Assembly (NCBI GenBank): GCA_964187785.1
Contig: OZ076409.1
Coordinates: 97,094,001-97,158,000, forward strand
From: Amphiscolops sp. MND2022
Lineage: Eukaryota
Reading direction: 5' to 3'
Length of the DNA stretch: 64,000 nucleotides
Position 1 is the stretch's first letter, and each line of letters opens with the position of its first letter. Below the pieces are notes generated by a model. The model had not been told where the DNA came from. It did not search any database and saw only the letters and a list, made by a program, of their open reading frames with translations. The position numbers and the translations under genes are program-made. Below are positions 23,401 through 38,400 of this stretch, one piece after another.

Positions 23401-26400
23401 ACCCTACAACTGATCCTTCCTATCCAGGAAAATACGTGCATCAGGGACTGCAAAGAGGTAGTGAGGTATATGACAGAGGACTGCAAAGAGGTAGTGAATC
23501 GTATAATATTCCTCTTCGGTCAAAAGTTCCCACGGAAAAAAAGTAAGAAAAATCCCTTTTTGAAGTGCCGTGAAGCGACGACATCCTTTCCTTTTCCAGT
23601 GATCTGTCACTTCGAAGCACTCAGGATCTTCCCTCAAGAACATGTCGAATGTTTTTGCTTCCTTCTTCAGAAGTCTGTTGCCTACACAGAAGTTTTTGGA
23701 TTGAGAAATGTGTACTTTCGTTGAAAGATCAACTTTTCTTTTCCGAAAATTTCTAGAAAAAACTCTTATGCAAAGAAAAACTGTAGAACTCACTTCAGGT
23801 TACACGACGTTCCTGGGTTCAGTAATTGGATGTTGTATCTCCCACTGGCCCACTCTCAATTCCAAGGTTCGTTGACGACTTGGAAAAACACAAAAACTTC
23901 TAAATAAAATTGTAATCCTTTGATCGGTTTAGTTTCAAAAAACTAACTAGGACATTGAGGTTTTTCTTGACAGATCCAGCTTGTCGAGACATTCTTCTTT
24001 GAATGGTTCTTGCTTCAATTTATTGATAGTATTGCTTTGGAAAGTGTGTTTGAATTCCACAAGGGAGAAATCTGAAAATACACTACTGATTTTGATTTAA
24101 GATATAGCATGTCACAAAAAATGGAGTTTTTTCAACCTAATCGTATTTCCTATCCAGAAATCGTAGAAGAAACATACCTAGAGTCTACATTTTTTTTGTG
24201 TTCTTTAACGTGGTGATATTGAAAAGAAGATCCAAGAATTGTTCGTGAGCCAAATTTGCCAAAAACGGGTGTACCCAAAAAATTACCCAAATTTTGGCTG
24301 TTTTCCACATTATTGAAATAAAAACGATTTTGTTGGAGGTTTGTAAATATACAGCATCCTAGAAAGTTCTGGTTGAAAGATTGAATTTGGAGATTATGAC
24401 AGATTGTCGAACAGGACGATAGTATAATTGTAGTTGATTATAGGCAAGTTGTAATCGCAAAATTCATCCTTTTGATGACAATTTCCCACTATATATATTT
24501 TCCACACCATGACATCCATATTTTAGGGTATCATGGGTTAAAATATGACATCATTATGGTTATAAATAGTAACATGATCAGAGTTACGTAACCTACTAAA
24601 AATAGGAATAAGATTGCATCAAAGAGACGATGGTTAAATAATCATAAATGTTTACATGCAAGCAACACATCATGTCTTTATAATACTACAAAATGAATAC
24701 TTGGATAAGCGTCAAAATGACTGCACTAAAGGTCTAACTAGTTACACGTAATCGAAAGTGGACGCACTGTCCTTCTAACTATAGTAATCAACTAAATATT
24801 CAAGAACTGTTATTGGCTGACTGCTAGTATGACCACGCGTCAACTGGACTGCAGCATTGTACCAGTTGAACGCGTTTCATTTCTTACAATTTCTAGCACC
24901 CTTAAACAATACATAAATGTACGCAAAACAATTTTATCTAGCATTTCATAACTCTAAAATGCTCTGCTAATAACTCCAAAATTATATCATGGCTCTGCTA
25001 ATAACTCCAAAATTATATCATGGCTAAAGATTTATCTCTCGTTTGCTCTGGACATCGATCATCTCTAGGCAGCGTATCGCAGTTTGAACCCGAAAATTCA
25101 GACAGCTCGACCTCAGTAGACTTTATCAGCTGGGCCTATAAAGTAATCTATTTTCCACAAGTTAGCTAGAAGCTTTCCATTCTTTTTTTCCAGAGACTTG
25201 CTTTCCAGAGAGATTTTGAAAAAAATTAAACGTGGTTCTAAATTAATGACAAAGAACCTTGGGCGCTTTTGAGCAATGAGAGGTGTACAGACGGTGAATT
25301 GAATTGGAGGTCTTCTGAGGTTAGGAACATTTTGGAACAAGAAAACTTTACCTTTATTATCGACAACATATTGCTGAAACTTCCTGCATTTGGTCGAAAA
25401 TTGATCCTGAAAAATATTTAACAATTAACGAAACTGTTGGGAAGTGAAAACAAGGTTTGGATAAATTCCAACCTGGACCGCAAGTCTTTTTCTTGAAGTC
25501 GGGATCCAACAGCGCTTTACTGGAAGAATCATAAATTTCTTATGGTCCAGAGAACTTATAGAAAAAAAGTAACAATGATTGTTTTACCACGGAGATCGAT
25601 TGTCGAAGTGGAAGTGTTCTCTTCGGCTTCACTATCAGTGTGTACGAGTTCAGGTGGAAGAACAGTTTTTCTTCCTTCACTTTGACATTCTCCGAACGCC
25701 ACCAGAGAAGTGTAGTGTCGCCCCCGTAATTGTAGATGACCTAGTCACCAGGGGCAATATCTCGGGGGGCTTCCAGTTTGATATAAAACCACTTTTGTCT
25801 GAAGCAATAAAGTTTAGTTGGACAACATTGGGGGAAAACGGTAAGATTTTGATTTAATCAAAAATCGTGAATGTCTTTTGATCAGATAGATATGTGGATC
25901 TTAAATCTAAAAGTGTTATCAATAGAGCTACTGCATTTTTCGCACCAGCAGATGCTATTTTATGACCGCATTGTGCGACGATGGTTATCGTTCACCAAAC
26001 GTGGTAAACCTTACACCTGATCCTTCCCATTCAGGAAAATACGTGCATCAGGGACTGCAAAGAGGTAGTGAGGTATATGATAGAGGACTGCAAAGAGGTA
26101 GTGAATCGTATAATATTCCTCTTCGGTCAAAAGTTCCCACAGAAAAAAAGTAAGAAAAACCCCTTTTTGAAGTGCCGTGAAGCGACGACATCCTTTCCTT
26201 ATCCAGTGATCTGTCACTTCGAAGCACTCAGGATCTTCCCTCAAGAACATGTCGAATGTTTTTGCTTCATTCTTCAGAAGTTTGTTGCCTACACAGTTTT
26301 TGGATTGAGAAATGAGTACTTTCGTTGAAAGATCAACATTCTTTTCCGAAAATTTCTAGAAAAAACTCTTATGCAAAGAAAAACTGTAGAACTCACTTCA

Positions 26401-29400
26401 GGTTACACGACGTTCCTGGGTTCAGTAATTGGATGTTGTATCTCCTACTGGCCCACTCTCAATTCCAAGGTTCGTTGACGACTTGGAAAAACACAAAACC
26501 TTCTAAATATAATTGTAATCTTTTGATCGGTTTAGTTTCAAAAAACTAATTAGGACCTTGAGGTTTTTCTTGACAGATCCAGCTTGTCGAGACATTTTTC
26601 TTTGAATGGTTCTTTCTTCAAATTATTGATAGTATTGCTTTGGAAAGCGTGTTTGAATTGCACAAGGGAGAAATCTGAAAATACACTGTACTGATTTTTA
26701 AGATTTAAGATTAAGCATGTCACAAAAAATTTTCAACCTAATCGTATTTCCTATCCAGAAATCGTAGGAGAAACATACCTAGAGTCTTTAATTTTTTGCG
26801 TTCTTTAACGTGGTGATATTGAAAAGTAGATCCAAGAATTGTTCGTAAGCCAAATTTGCCAAAAACTGAGGTGTACCCAAAAAATTACCCAAATTTTGGC
26901 TGTTTTCCACATTATTGAAGTCAAAACGATTTTGTTGGAGGTTTGAAAATATACAGCATCCTAGAAAGTTCTGGTTGAAAGATTGAATTTGGAGAATATG
27001 ACAGATTGTCGAACAGGACGATAGTATAATTGTAGTTGATTATAGGCAAGTTGTAATTTCCCACTATATATAGTTTCCACACCATGACATCCATAATTTA
27101 GGGTACCATGGGTTAAAGTATACATGGCAACATTAAGGTTATAAATAGCAACATGATCACAGTTACGTCATGTTACGTAACCTTCTAGAAAGGAATATGA
27201 TTGCATCAAAGAGACGATGGTTAAATAATCATAAATATTTACATGCAAGCAACACATCATGTCTTTATAATACTACAAAATAAATACTTGGCTAAGGGTC
27301 AAAATGACTGCACTAAAGGTCTTACTAGTTACATGTAATCGAAAGTGGACGCACCGTCCTTCTAACTATAGTAAGCAACTAATCATTTAAGCACTGTTAT
27401 TGGCTGATTGCTAATATGACCACGCGTCAACTGGACTGCAGCATTGTACCAGTTGAACGCGTTCCCTTTCTTACAATTTCTAGCACCCTTAAACAATACA
27501 TAAATGTACGCAAAACAGTCTTATTTAGCATTTCATGGAATATTACACTTTTGCGCTTTGAATACGTACTAGTTCACAATTAAACATGTATCAATCCTTC
27601 TAATATCATAATGGTTGGTGAATAAAGCACAATAAAAAAATCCTGTGCGGTCAATCTTGACCTTAAGTCAAAATACCAAATGATGAAGTTACGGTCTGGA
27701 TAGGCAAAAGTTAGAACAATTGGATAATTCGTGTACAAAATTAGTAGGCTAAGTATGAAATGAGAGTTTTGGAGTTTATTTTAGATTGGTATCACGCCAG
27801 GGGCTGGAATTGTATTGTCGTTCTCAGTCTGTATTCGATATGAAAGTTCTTGTCTGAAGCAAAAAAAGTTATCATTGAACGCAGGGTCGAATTATTAAGT
27901 GTTTCCAACCTAATCGTATTCCACATCCAGAAAGCGTTGAAAAAAAAACAAACATACTTAGAGTCTTTAGTTTTTCTGCGCTCGTTAACTTGGTGATATT
28001 TAAAAGTAGGTGACTTCATCACCAGGGGCAATATCTTGGAGGGCTTCCAGTTTGATATGAAAGTTCTTGTCTGGAGCAAAAAAGTTATCATTGAACGCAG
28101 GGTCGAATTATTAAGTGTTTCCAAGCTAATCGTATTCCACATTCAGAAATTGTTGAAAAAAAAACAAACGTACTTAGAGTCTTTAGTTTTTCTGCGGTCT
28201 TTAGCGTGGTGATATTTAAAAGTAGGTGACTTCATCACCAAGGGCAATATCTTGGAGGGCTTCCAGTTTGACATGAAACTTCTTTTCTGAAGCAGAAAAG
28301 TTTAGTTGGACAACATTGGGGAAAAACGGTAAGATTTTGATTTAATCAAAAAACGTGAATGTCTTTTGATCAGTTAGATATGTGGATCTTTAATCTAAAA
28401 GTGTTATCAACTGAGCTACTGCATTTTTCGCACCAGCAGATGTGAACGATTTTATGAGCGCATTGGGCGACGATGGTTATTGTTCACCAAACGTGGTAAA
28501 CCCTACACCTGATCCTTCCTATCCAGGAAAATACGTGCATCAGGGACTGCAAAGAGGTAGTGAGGTATATGATAGAGGACTGCAAAGAGGTAGTGAATCG
28601 TATAATATTCCTCTTCGGTCAAAAGTTCCCACGGAAAAAAAGTAAGAAAAACCCCTTTTTGAAGTGCCGTGAAGCGACGACATCCTTTCCTTTTCCAGTG
28701 ATCTGTCACTTCGAAGCACTCAGGATCTTCCCTCAAGAACATGTCGAATGTTTTTACTTCATTCTTCAGAAGTTTGTTGCCTACACAGAAGTTTTTGGAT
28801 TGAGAAATGAGTACTTTCGTTGAAAGATCAACATTCTTTTCCGGAAATTTCTAGAAAAAACTCTTATGCAAAGAAAAACTGTAGAACTCACTTCTAGTTA
28901 AACGACGTTCCTGGGTTCAGTATTTGGATGTTGTATCTCCTACTGACCCACTCTCAATTCCAAGGTTCGTTGACGACTTGGAAAAACACAAAACCTAAAT
29001 ATGATTGTAATCTTTTGATCGGTTTAGTTTCAAAAAACTAACTAGGACCTTGAGGTTTTTCTTGACAGATCCAGCTTGTCGAGACATTTTTCTTTGAATG
29101 GTTCTTTCTTCAAATTATTGATAGTATTGCTTTGGAAAGCGTGTTTGAATTGCACAAGGGAGAAATCTGAAAATACACTGTACTGATTTTTAAGATTTAA
29201 GATTAAGCATGTCACAAAAAATTTTCAACCTAATCGTATTTCCTATCCAGAAATCGTAGGAGAAACATACCTAGAGTCTATAATTTTTTGCGTTCTTTAA
29301 CGTGGTGATATTGAAAAGTAGATCCAAGAATTGTTCGTAAGCCAAATTTGCCAAAAACTGAGGTGTACCCAAAAAATTAACCAAATTTTGGCTGTTTTCC

Positions 29401-32400
29401 ACATTATTGAAGTCAAAACGATTTTGTTGGAGGTTTGAAAATATACAGCATCCTAGAAAGTTCTGGTTGAAAGATTGAATTTGGAGAATATGACAGATTG
29501 TCGAACAGGACGATAGTATAATTGTAGTTGATTATAGGCAAGTTGTAATTTCCCACTATATATAGTTTCCACACCATGACATCCATACTTTAGGGTACCA
29601 TGGGTTAAAGTATACAAGGCAACATTAAGGTTATAAATAGCAACATGATCACAGTTACGTCATGTTACGTAACCTACTAAAAAGGAATAAGATTGCATCA
29701 AAGAGACGATGGTTAAATAATCATAAATATTTACATGCAAGCAACACATCATGTCTTTATAATACTACAAAATAAATACTTGGCTAAGCGTCAAAATGAC
29801 TGCACTAAAGGTCTTACTAGTTACATGTAATCGAAAGTGGACGCACCGTCCTTCTAACTATAGTAAGCAACTAATCATTTAAGCACTGTTATTGGCTGAT
29901 TGCTAATATGACCACGCGTCAACTGGACTGCAGCATTGTACCAGTTGAACGCGTTCCCTTTCTTACAATTTCTAGCACCCTTAAACAATACATAAATGTA
30001 CGCAAAACAATCTTATTTAGCATTTCATGGAATATTACACTTTTGCGCTTTGAATCCGTACTAGTTCACAATTAAACATGTATCAATCTATATAATATCA
30101 TAATGGTTGGTGAATAAAGCACAATAAAAAAATCCTGTGCGGTCAATTTTGACCTTAAGTCAAAATACCAAATGATGAAGTTACGGTCTGGATAGGCAAA
30201 AGTTAGAACAATTGGATAATTCGTGTACAAAATTAGTAGGCTAAGTATGAAATGAGAGTTTTGGAGTTTATTTTAGATTGGTATCACGCCAGGGGCTGGA
30301 ATTGTATTGTCGTTCTCAGTCTGTATTCGATATGAAAGTATTGTCTGAAGCAAAAAAAGTCATCATTGAACGCAGGGTCGAATTATTAAGTGTTTCCAAC
30401 CTAATCGTATTCCACATCCAGAAATCGTTGAAAAAAAAACAAACGTACTTAGAGTCTTTAGTTTTTCTGCGCTCGTTAACTTGGTGATATTTAAAAGTAG
30501 GTGACTTCATCACCAGGGGCAATATCTTGGAGGGCTTCCAGTTTGATATGAAAGTTCTTGTCTGGAGCAAAAAAGTTATCATTGAACGCAGGGTCGAATT
30601 ATTAAGTGTTTCCAAGCTAATCGTATTCCACATTCAGAAATTGTTGAAAAAAAACAAACAAACGTACTTAGAGTCTTTAGTTTTTCTGCGGTCTTTAGCG
30701 TGGTGATATTTAAAAGTAGGTGACTTCATCACCAAGGGCAATATCTTGGAGGGCTTCCAGTTTGATATGAAACTTCTTTTCTGAAGCAGAAAAGTTTAGT
30801 TGGACAACATTGGGGAAAACGGTAAGATTTTGATTTAATCAAAAAACGTGAATGTCTTTTGATCAGTTAGATATGTGGATCTTAAATCTAAAAGTGTTAT
30901 CAACTGAGCTACTGCATTTTTCGCACCAGCAGATGTGAACGATTTTATGAGCGCATTGGGCGACGATGGTTATTGTTCACCAAACGTGGTAAACCCTACA
31001 ACTGATCCTTCCTATCCAGGAAAATACGTGCATCAGGGACTGCAAAGAGGTAGTGAGGTATATGACAGAGGACTGCAAAGAGGTAGTGAATCGTATAATA
31101 TTCCTCTTCGGTCAAAAGTTCCCACGGAAAAAAAGTAAGAAAAATCCCTTTTTGAAGTGCCGTGAAGCGACGACATCCTTTCCTTTTCCAGTGATCTGTC
31201 ACTTCGAAGCACTCAGGATCTTCCCTCAAGAACATGTCGAATGTTTTTGCTTCCTTCTTCAGAAGTCTGTTGCCTACACAGAAGTTTTTGGATTGAGAAA
31301 TGTGTACTTTCGTTGAAAGATCAACTTTTCTTTTCCGAAAATTTCTAGAAAAAACTCTTATGCAAAGAAAAACTGTAGAACTCACTTCAGGTTACACGAC
31401 GTTCCTGGGTTCAGTAATTGGATGTTGTATCTCCCACTGGCCCACTCTCAATTCCAAGGTTCGTTGACGACTTGGAAAAACACAAAAACTTCTAAATAAA
31501 ATTGTAATCCTTTGATCGGTTTAGTTTCAAAAAACTAACTAGGACATTGAGGTTTTTCTTGACAGATCCAGCTTGTCGAGACATTTTTCTTTGAATGGTT
31601 CTTGCTTCAATTTATTGATAGTATTGCTTTGGAAAGTGTGTTTGAATTCCACAAGGGAGAAATCTGAAAATACACTACTGATTTTGATTTAAGATATAGC
31701 ATGTCACAAAAAATGGAGTTTTTTCAACCTAATCGTATTTCCTATCCAGAAATCGTAGAAGAAACATACCTAGAGTCTACATTTTTTTTGTGTTCTTTAA
31801 CGTGGTGATATTGAAAAGAAGATCCAAGAATTGTTCGTAAGCCAAATTTGCCAAAAACGGGTGTACCCAAAAAATTACCCAAATTTTGGCTGTTTTCCAC
31901 ATTATTGAAATAAAAACGATTTTGTTGGAGGTTTGTAAATATACAGCATCCTAGAAAGTTCTGGTTGAAAGATTGAATTTGGAGATTATGACAGATTGTC
32001 GAACAGGACGATAGTATAATTGTAGTTGATTATAGGCAAGTTGTAATCGCAAAATTCATCCTTTTGATGACAATTTCCCACTATATATATTTTCCACACC
32101 ATGACATCCATATTTTAGGGTATCATGGGTTAAAATATGACATCATTATGGTTATAAATAGTAACATGATCAGAGTTACGTAACCTACTAAAAATAGGAA
32201 TAAGATTGCATCAAAGAGACGATGGTTAAATAATCATAAATGTTTACATGCAAGCAACACATCATGTCTTTATAATACTACAAAATGAATACTTGGATAA
32301 GCGTCAAAATGACTGCACTAAAGGTCTAACTAGTTACACGTAATCGAAAGTGGACGCACTGTCCTTCTAACTATAGTAATCAACTAAATATTCAAGAACT

Positions 32401-35400
32401 GTTATTGGCTGACTGCTAGTATGACCACGCGTCAACTGGACTGCAGCATTGTACCAGTTGAACGCGTTTCATTTCTTACAATTTCTAGCACCCTTAAACA
32501 ATACATAAATGTACGCAAAACAATTTTATCTAGCATTTCATAACTCTAAAATGCTCTGCTAATAACTCCAAAATTATATCATGGCTCTGCTAATAACTCC
32601 AAAATTATATCATGGCTAAAGATTTATCTCTCGTTTGCTCTGGACATCGATCATCTCTAGGCAGCGTATCGCAGTTTGAACCCGAAAATTCAGACAGCTC
32701 GACCTCAGTAGACTTTATCAGCTGGGCCTATAAAGTAATCTATTTTCCACAAGTTAGCTAGAAGCTTTCCATTCTTTTTTTCCAGAGACTTGCTTTCCAG
32801 AGAGATTTTGAAAAAAATTAAACGTGGTTCTAAATTAATGACAAAGAACCTTGGGCGCTTTTGAGCAATGAGAGGTGTACAGACGGTGAATTGAATTGGA
32901 GGTCTTCTGAGGTTAGGAACATTTTGGAACAAGAAAACTTTACCTTTATTATCGACAACATATTGCTGAAACTTCCTGCATTTGGTCGAAAATTGATCCT
33001 GAAAAATATTTAACAATTAACGAAACTGTTGGGAAGTGAAAACAAGGTTTGGATAAATTCCAACCTGGACCGCAAGTCTTTTTCTTGAAGTCGGGATCCA
33101 ACAGCGCTTTACTGGAAGAATCATAAATTTCTTATGGTCCAGAGAACTTATAGAAAAAAAGTAACAATGATTGTTTTACCACGGAGATCGATTGTCGAAG
33201 TGGAAGTGTTCTCTTCGGCTTCACTATCAGTGTGTACGAGTTCAGGTGGAAGAACAGTTTTTCTTCCTTCACTTTGACATTCTCCGAACGCCACCAGAGA
33301 AGTGTAGTGTCGCCCCCGTAATTGTAGATGACCTAGTCACCAGGGGCAATATCTCGGGGGGCTTCCAGTTTGATATAAAACCACTTTTGTCTGAAGCAAT
33401 AAAGTTTAGTTGGACAACATTGGGGGAAAACGGTAAGATTTTGATTTAATCAAAAATCGTGAATGTCTTTTGATCAGATAGATATGTGGATCTTAAATCT
33501 AAAAGTGTTATCAATAGAGCTACTGCATTTTTCGCACCAGCAGATGCTATTTTATGACCGCATTGTGCGACGATGGTTATCGTTCACCAAACGTGGTAAA
33601 CCTTACACCTGATCCTTCCCATTCAGGAAAATACGTGCATCAGGGACTGCAAAGAGGTAGTGAGGTATATGATAGAGGACTGCAAAGAGGTAGTGAATCG
33701 TATAATATTCCTCTTCGGTCAAAAGTTCCCACAGAAAAAAAGTAAGAAAAACCCCTTTTTGAAGTGCCGTGAAGCGACGACATCCTTTCCTTATCCAGTG
33801 ATCTGTCACTTCGAAGCACTCAGGATCTTCCCTCAAGAACATGTCGAATGTTTTTGCTTCATTCTTCAGAAGTTTGTTGCCTACACAGTTTTTGGATTGA
33901 GAAATGAGTACTTTCGTTGAAAGATCAACATTCTTTTCCGAAAATTTCTAGAAAAAACTCTTATGCAAAGAAAAACTGTAGAACTCACTTCAGGTTACAC
34001 GACGTTCCTGGGTTCAGTAATTGGATGTTGTATCTCCTACTGGCCCACTCTCAATTCCAAGGTTCGTTGACGACTTGGAAAAACACAAAACCTTCTAAAT
34101 ATAATTGTAATCTTTTGATCGGTTTAGTTTCAAAAAACTAATTAGGACCTTGAGGTTTTTCTTGACAGATCCAGCTTGTCGAGACATTTTTCTTTGAATG
34201 GTTCTTTCTTCAAATTATTGATAGTATTGCTTTGGAAAGCGTGTTTGAATTGCACAAGGGAGAAATCTGAAAATACACTGTACTGATTTTTAAGATTTAA
34301 GATTAAGCATGTCACAAAAAATTTTCAACCTAATCGTATTTCCTATCCAGAAATCGTAGGAGAAACATACCTAGAGTCTTTAATTTTTTGCGTTCTTTAA
34401 CGTGGTGATATTGAAAAGTAGATCCAAGAATTGTTCGTAAGCCAAATTTGCCAAAAACTGAGGTGTACCCAAAAAATTACCCAAATTTTGGCTGTTTTCC
34501 ACATTATTGAAGTCAAAACGATTTTGTTGGAGGTTTGAAAATATACAGCATCCTAGAAAGTTCTGGTTGAAAGATTGAATTTGGAGAATATGACAGATTG
34601 TCGAACAGGACGATAGTATAATTGTAGTTGATTATAGGCAAGTTGTAATTTCCCACTATATATAGTTTCCACACCATGACATCCATAATTTAGGGTACCA
34701 TGGGTTAAAGTATACATGGCAACATTAAGGTTATAAATAGCAACATGATCACAGTTACGTCATGTTACGTAACCTTCTAGAAAGGAATATGATTGCATCA
34801 AAGAGACGATGGTTAAATAATCATAAATATTTACATGCAAGCAACACATCATGTCTTTATAATACTACAAAATAAATACTTGGCTAAGGGTCAAAATGAC
34901 TGCACTAAAGGTCTTACTAGTTACATGTAATCGAAAGTGGACGCACCGTCCTTCTAACTATAGTAAGCAACTAATCATTTAAGCACTGTTATTGGCTGAT
35001 TGCTAATATGACCACGCGTCAACTGGACTGCAGCATTGTACCAGTTGAACGCGTTCCCTTTCTTACAATTTCTAGCACCCTTAAACAATACATAAATGTA
35101 CGCAAAACAGTCTTATTTAGCATTTCATGGAATATTACACTTTTGCGCTTTGAATACGTACTAGTTCACAATTAAACATGTATCAATCCTTCTAATATCA
35201 TAATGGTTGGTGAATAAAGCACAATAAAAAAATCCTGTGCGGTCAATCTTGACCTTAAGTCAAAATACCAAATGATGAAGTTACGGTCTGGATAGGCAAA
35301 AGTTAGAACAATTGGATAATTCGTGTACAAAATTAGTAGGCTAAGTATGAAATGAGAGTTTTGGAGTTTATTTTAGATTGGTATCACGCCAGGGGCTGGA

Positions 35401-38400
35401 ATTGTATTGTCGTTCTCAGTCTGTATTCGATATGAAAGTTCTTGTCTGAAGCAAAAAAAGTTATCATTGAACGCAGGGTCGAATTATTAAGTGTTTCCAA
35501 CCTAATCGTATTCCACATCCAGAAAGCGTTGAAAAAAAAACAAACATACTTAGAGTCTTTAGTTTTTCTGCGCTCGTTAACTTGGTGATATTTAAAAGTA
35601 GGTGACTTCATCACCAGGGGCAATATCTTGGAGGGCTTCCAGTTTGATATGAAAGTTCTTGTCTGGAGCAAAAAAGTTATCATTGAACGCAGGGTCGAAT
35701 TATTAAGTGTTTCCAAGCTAATCGTATTCCACATTCAGAAATTGTTGAAAAAAAAACAAACGTACTTAGAGTCTTTAGTTTTTCTGCGGTCTTTAGCGTG
35801 GTGATATTTAAAAGTAGGTGACTTCATCACCAAGGGCAATATCTTGGAGGGCTTCCAGTTTGACATGAAACTTCTTTTCTGAAGCAGAAAAGTTTAGTTG
35901 GACAACATTGGGGAAAAACGGTAAGATTTTGATTTAATCAAAAAACGTGAATGTCTTTTGATCAGTTAGATATGTGGATCTTTAATCTAAAAGTGTTATC
36001 AACTGAGCTACTGCATTTTTCGCACCAGCAGATGTGAACGATTTTATGAGCGCATTGGGCGACGATGGTTATTGTTCACCAAACGTGGTAAACCCTACAC
36101 CTGATCCTTCCTATCCAGGAAAATACGTGCATCAGGGACTGCAAAGAGGTAGTGAGGTATATGACAGAGGACTGCAAAGAGGTAGTGAATCGTACAATTT
36201 TCCTGTTCGGTCAAAAGTTCCCACGGAAAAAAAGTAAGAAAAATCTCTTTTTGAAGTGCCGTGAAGCGACGACATCCTTTCCTTTTCCAGTGATCTGTCA
36301 CTTCGAAGCACTCAGGATCTTCCCTCAAGAACATGTCGAATGTTTTTGCTTCCTTCTTCAGAAGTCTGTTGCCTACACAAAAGTTTTTGGATTGAGAAAT
36401 GAGTACTTTCGTTGAAAGATCAACTTTTCTTTTCCGAAAATTTCTAGAAAAAACTCTTATGCAAAGAAAAACTGTAGAACTCACTTCAGGTTACACGACG
36501 TTCCTGGGTTCATTATTTGGATGTTGTATCTCCTACTGGCCCACTCTCTATTCCAAGGTTCGTTGACGACTTGGAAAAACACAAAAACTTCTAAATAAAA
36601 TTGTAATCTTTTGATCGGTTTAGTTTCAAAAAACTAACTAGGACATTGAGGTTTTTCTTGACAGATCCAGCTTGTCGAGACATTTTTCTTTGAATTGTTC
36701 TTGCTTCAATTTATTGATAGTATTGCTTTGGAAAGTGTGTTTGAATTCCACAAGGGAGAAATCTGAAAATACACTACTGATTTTGATTTAAGATATAGCA
36801 TGTCACAAAAAATGGAGTTTTTTCAACCTAATCGTATTTCCTATCCAGAAATCGTAGAAGAAACATACCTAGAGTCTACAATTTTTTTGTGTTCCTTAAC
36901 GTGGTGATATTGAAAAGTAGATCCAAGAATTGTTCGTAAGCCAAATTTGCCAAAAACGGGTGTACCCAAAAAATTACCCAAATTTTGGCTGTTTTCCACA
37001 TTATTGAAATAAAAACGATTTTGTTGGAGGTTTGTAAATATACAGCATCCTAGAAAGTTCTGGTTGAAAGATTGAATTTGGAGATTATGACAGATTGTCG
37101 AACAGGACGATAGTATAATTGTAGTTGATTATAGGCAAGTTGTAATCGCAAAATTCATCCTTTTGATGACAAATTCCCACTAAAAAAGTTTCCACACCAT
37201 GACATCCATATTTTAGGGTATCATGGGTTAAAATATGACATCATTATGATTATAAATAGTAACATGATCAGAGTTACGTCATGTTACGTAACCTACTAAA
37301 AATAGGAATCAGATTGCATCAAAGAGACGATGGTTAAATAATCATAAATATTTACATGCAAGCAACACATCATGTCTTTATAATACTACAAAATGAATAC
37401 TTGGATAAGCGTCAAAATGACTGCACTAAAGGTCTAACTAGTTACACGTAATCGAAAGTGGACGCACTGTCCTTCTAACTATAGTAATCAACTAAATATT
37501 TAAGAACTGTTATTGGCTGACTGCTAGTATGACCACGCGTCAACTGGACTGCAGCATTGTGCCAGTTGAACGCGTTTCAATTCTTACGATTTCTAGCACC
37601 CTTAAACAATACATAAATGTACGCAAAACAATTTTATCTAGCATTTCATTGAATATTACACCTTTGCGCTTTGAATCCGTACTAGTTCACAAACATGTAT
37701 CAATCTATCTAATATCATAATGGTTGGTGAATAAAGCACAATAAAAAATCCTGTGCGGTCAATCTTGACCTTAAGTCAAAATACCGAATGATGAAGTCAC
37801 GGTCTGGATAGGCAAAAGTTGGAACAATTGAATAATTCGTGTACAAAATTAGTAGGCTAAGTATGAAATGAGAGTTTTGGAGTTTATTTTAGATTGGTAT
37901 CACGCCAGGGGCTGGAATTGTATTGTCGTTCTTAGTCTGTATTTGATATGAAAGTTCTTGTCTGAAGCAAAAAAGTTATCATTGAACGCAGGGTCGAATT
38001 ATTAAGTGTTTCCAACCTAATCGTATTCCATATCCAGAAATAGTTGAAAAAAACAAACATACCTTGAGTCTTTAGTTTTTCTGCGCTCTTTATCGTGGTG
38101 ATATTTAACAGTAGGTGACTTCATCACCAAGGGTAATATATTGGAGGGCTTCCAGTTTGATATCAAACTTCTTGTCTGAAGCAAAAAAGTTTCGTTGGAC
38201 AACATTGAGGAAAACGGTGAGATTTTGATTTATTCAAAAAACGTGAATGTCTTTTGATCAGTTAGATATGTGGATCTTAAATCTAAAAGTGTTATCAACT
38301 GAGCTACTGCATTTTTCGCACCAGCAGATGTGTACGATTTTATGACCGCATTGGGCGACGATGGTTATCGTTCACCAAACGTGGTAAACCCTACACCTGA

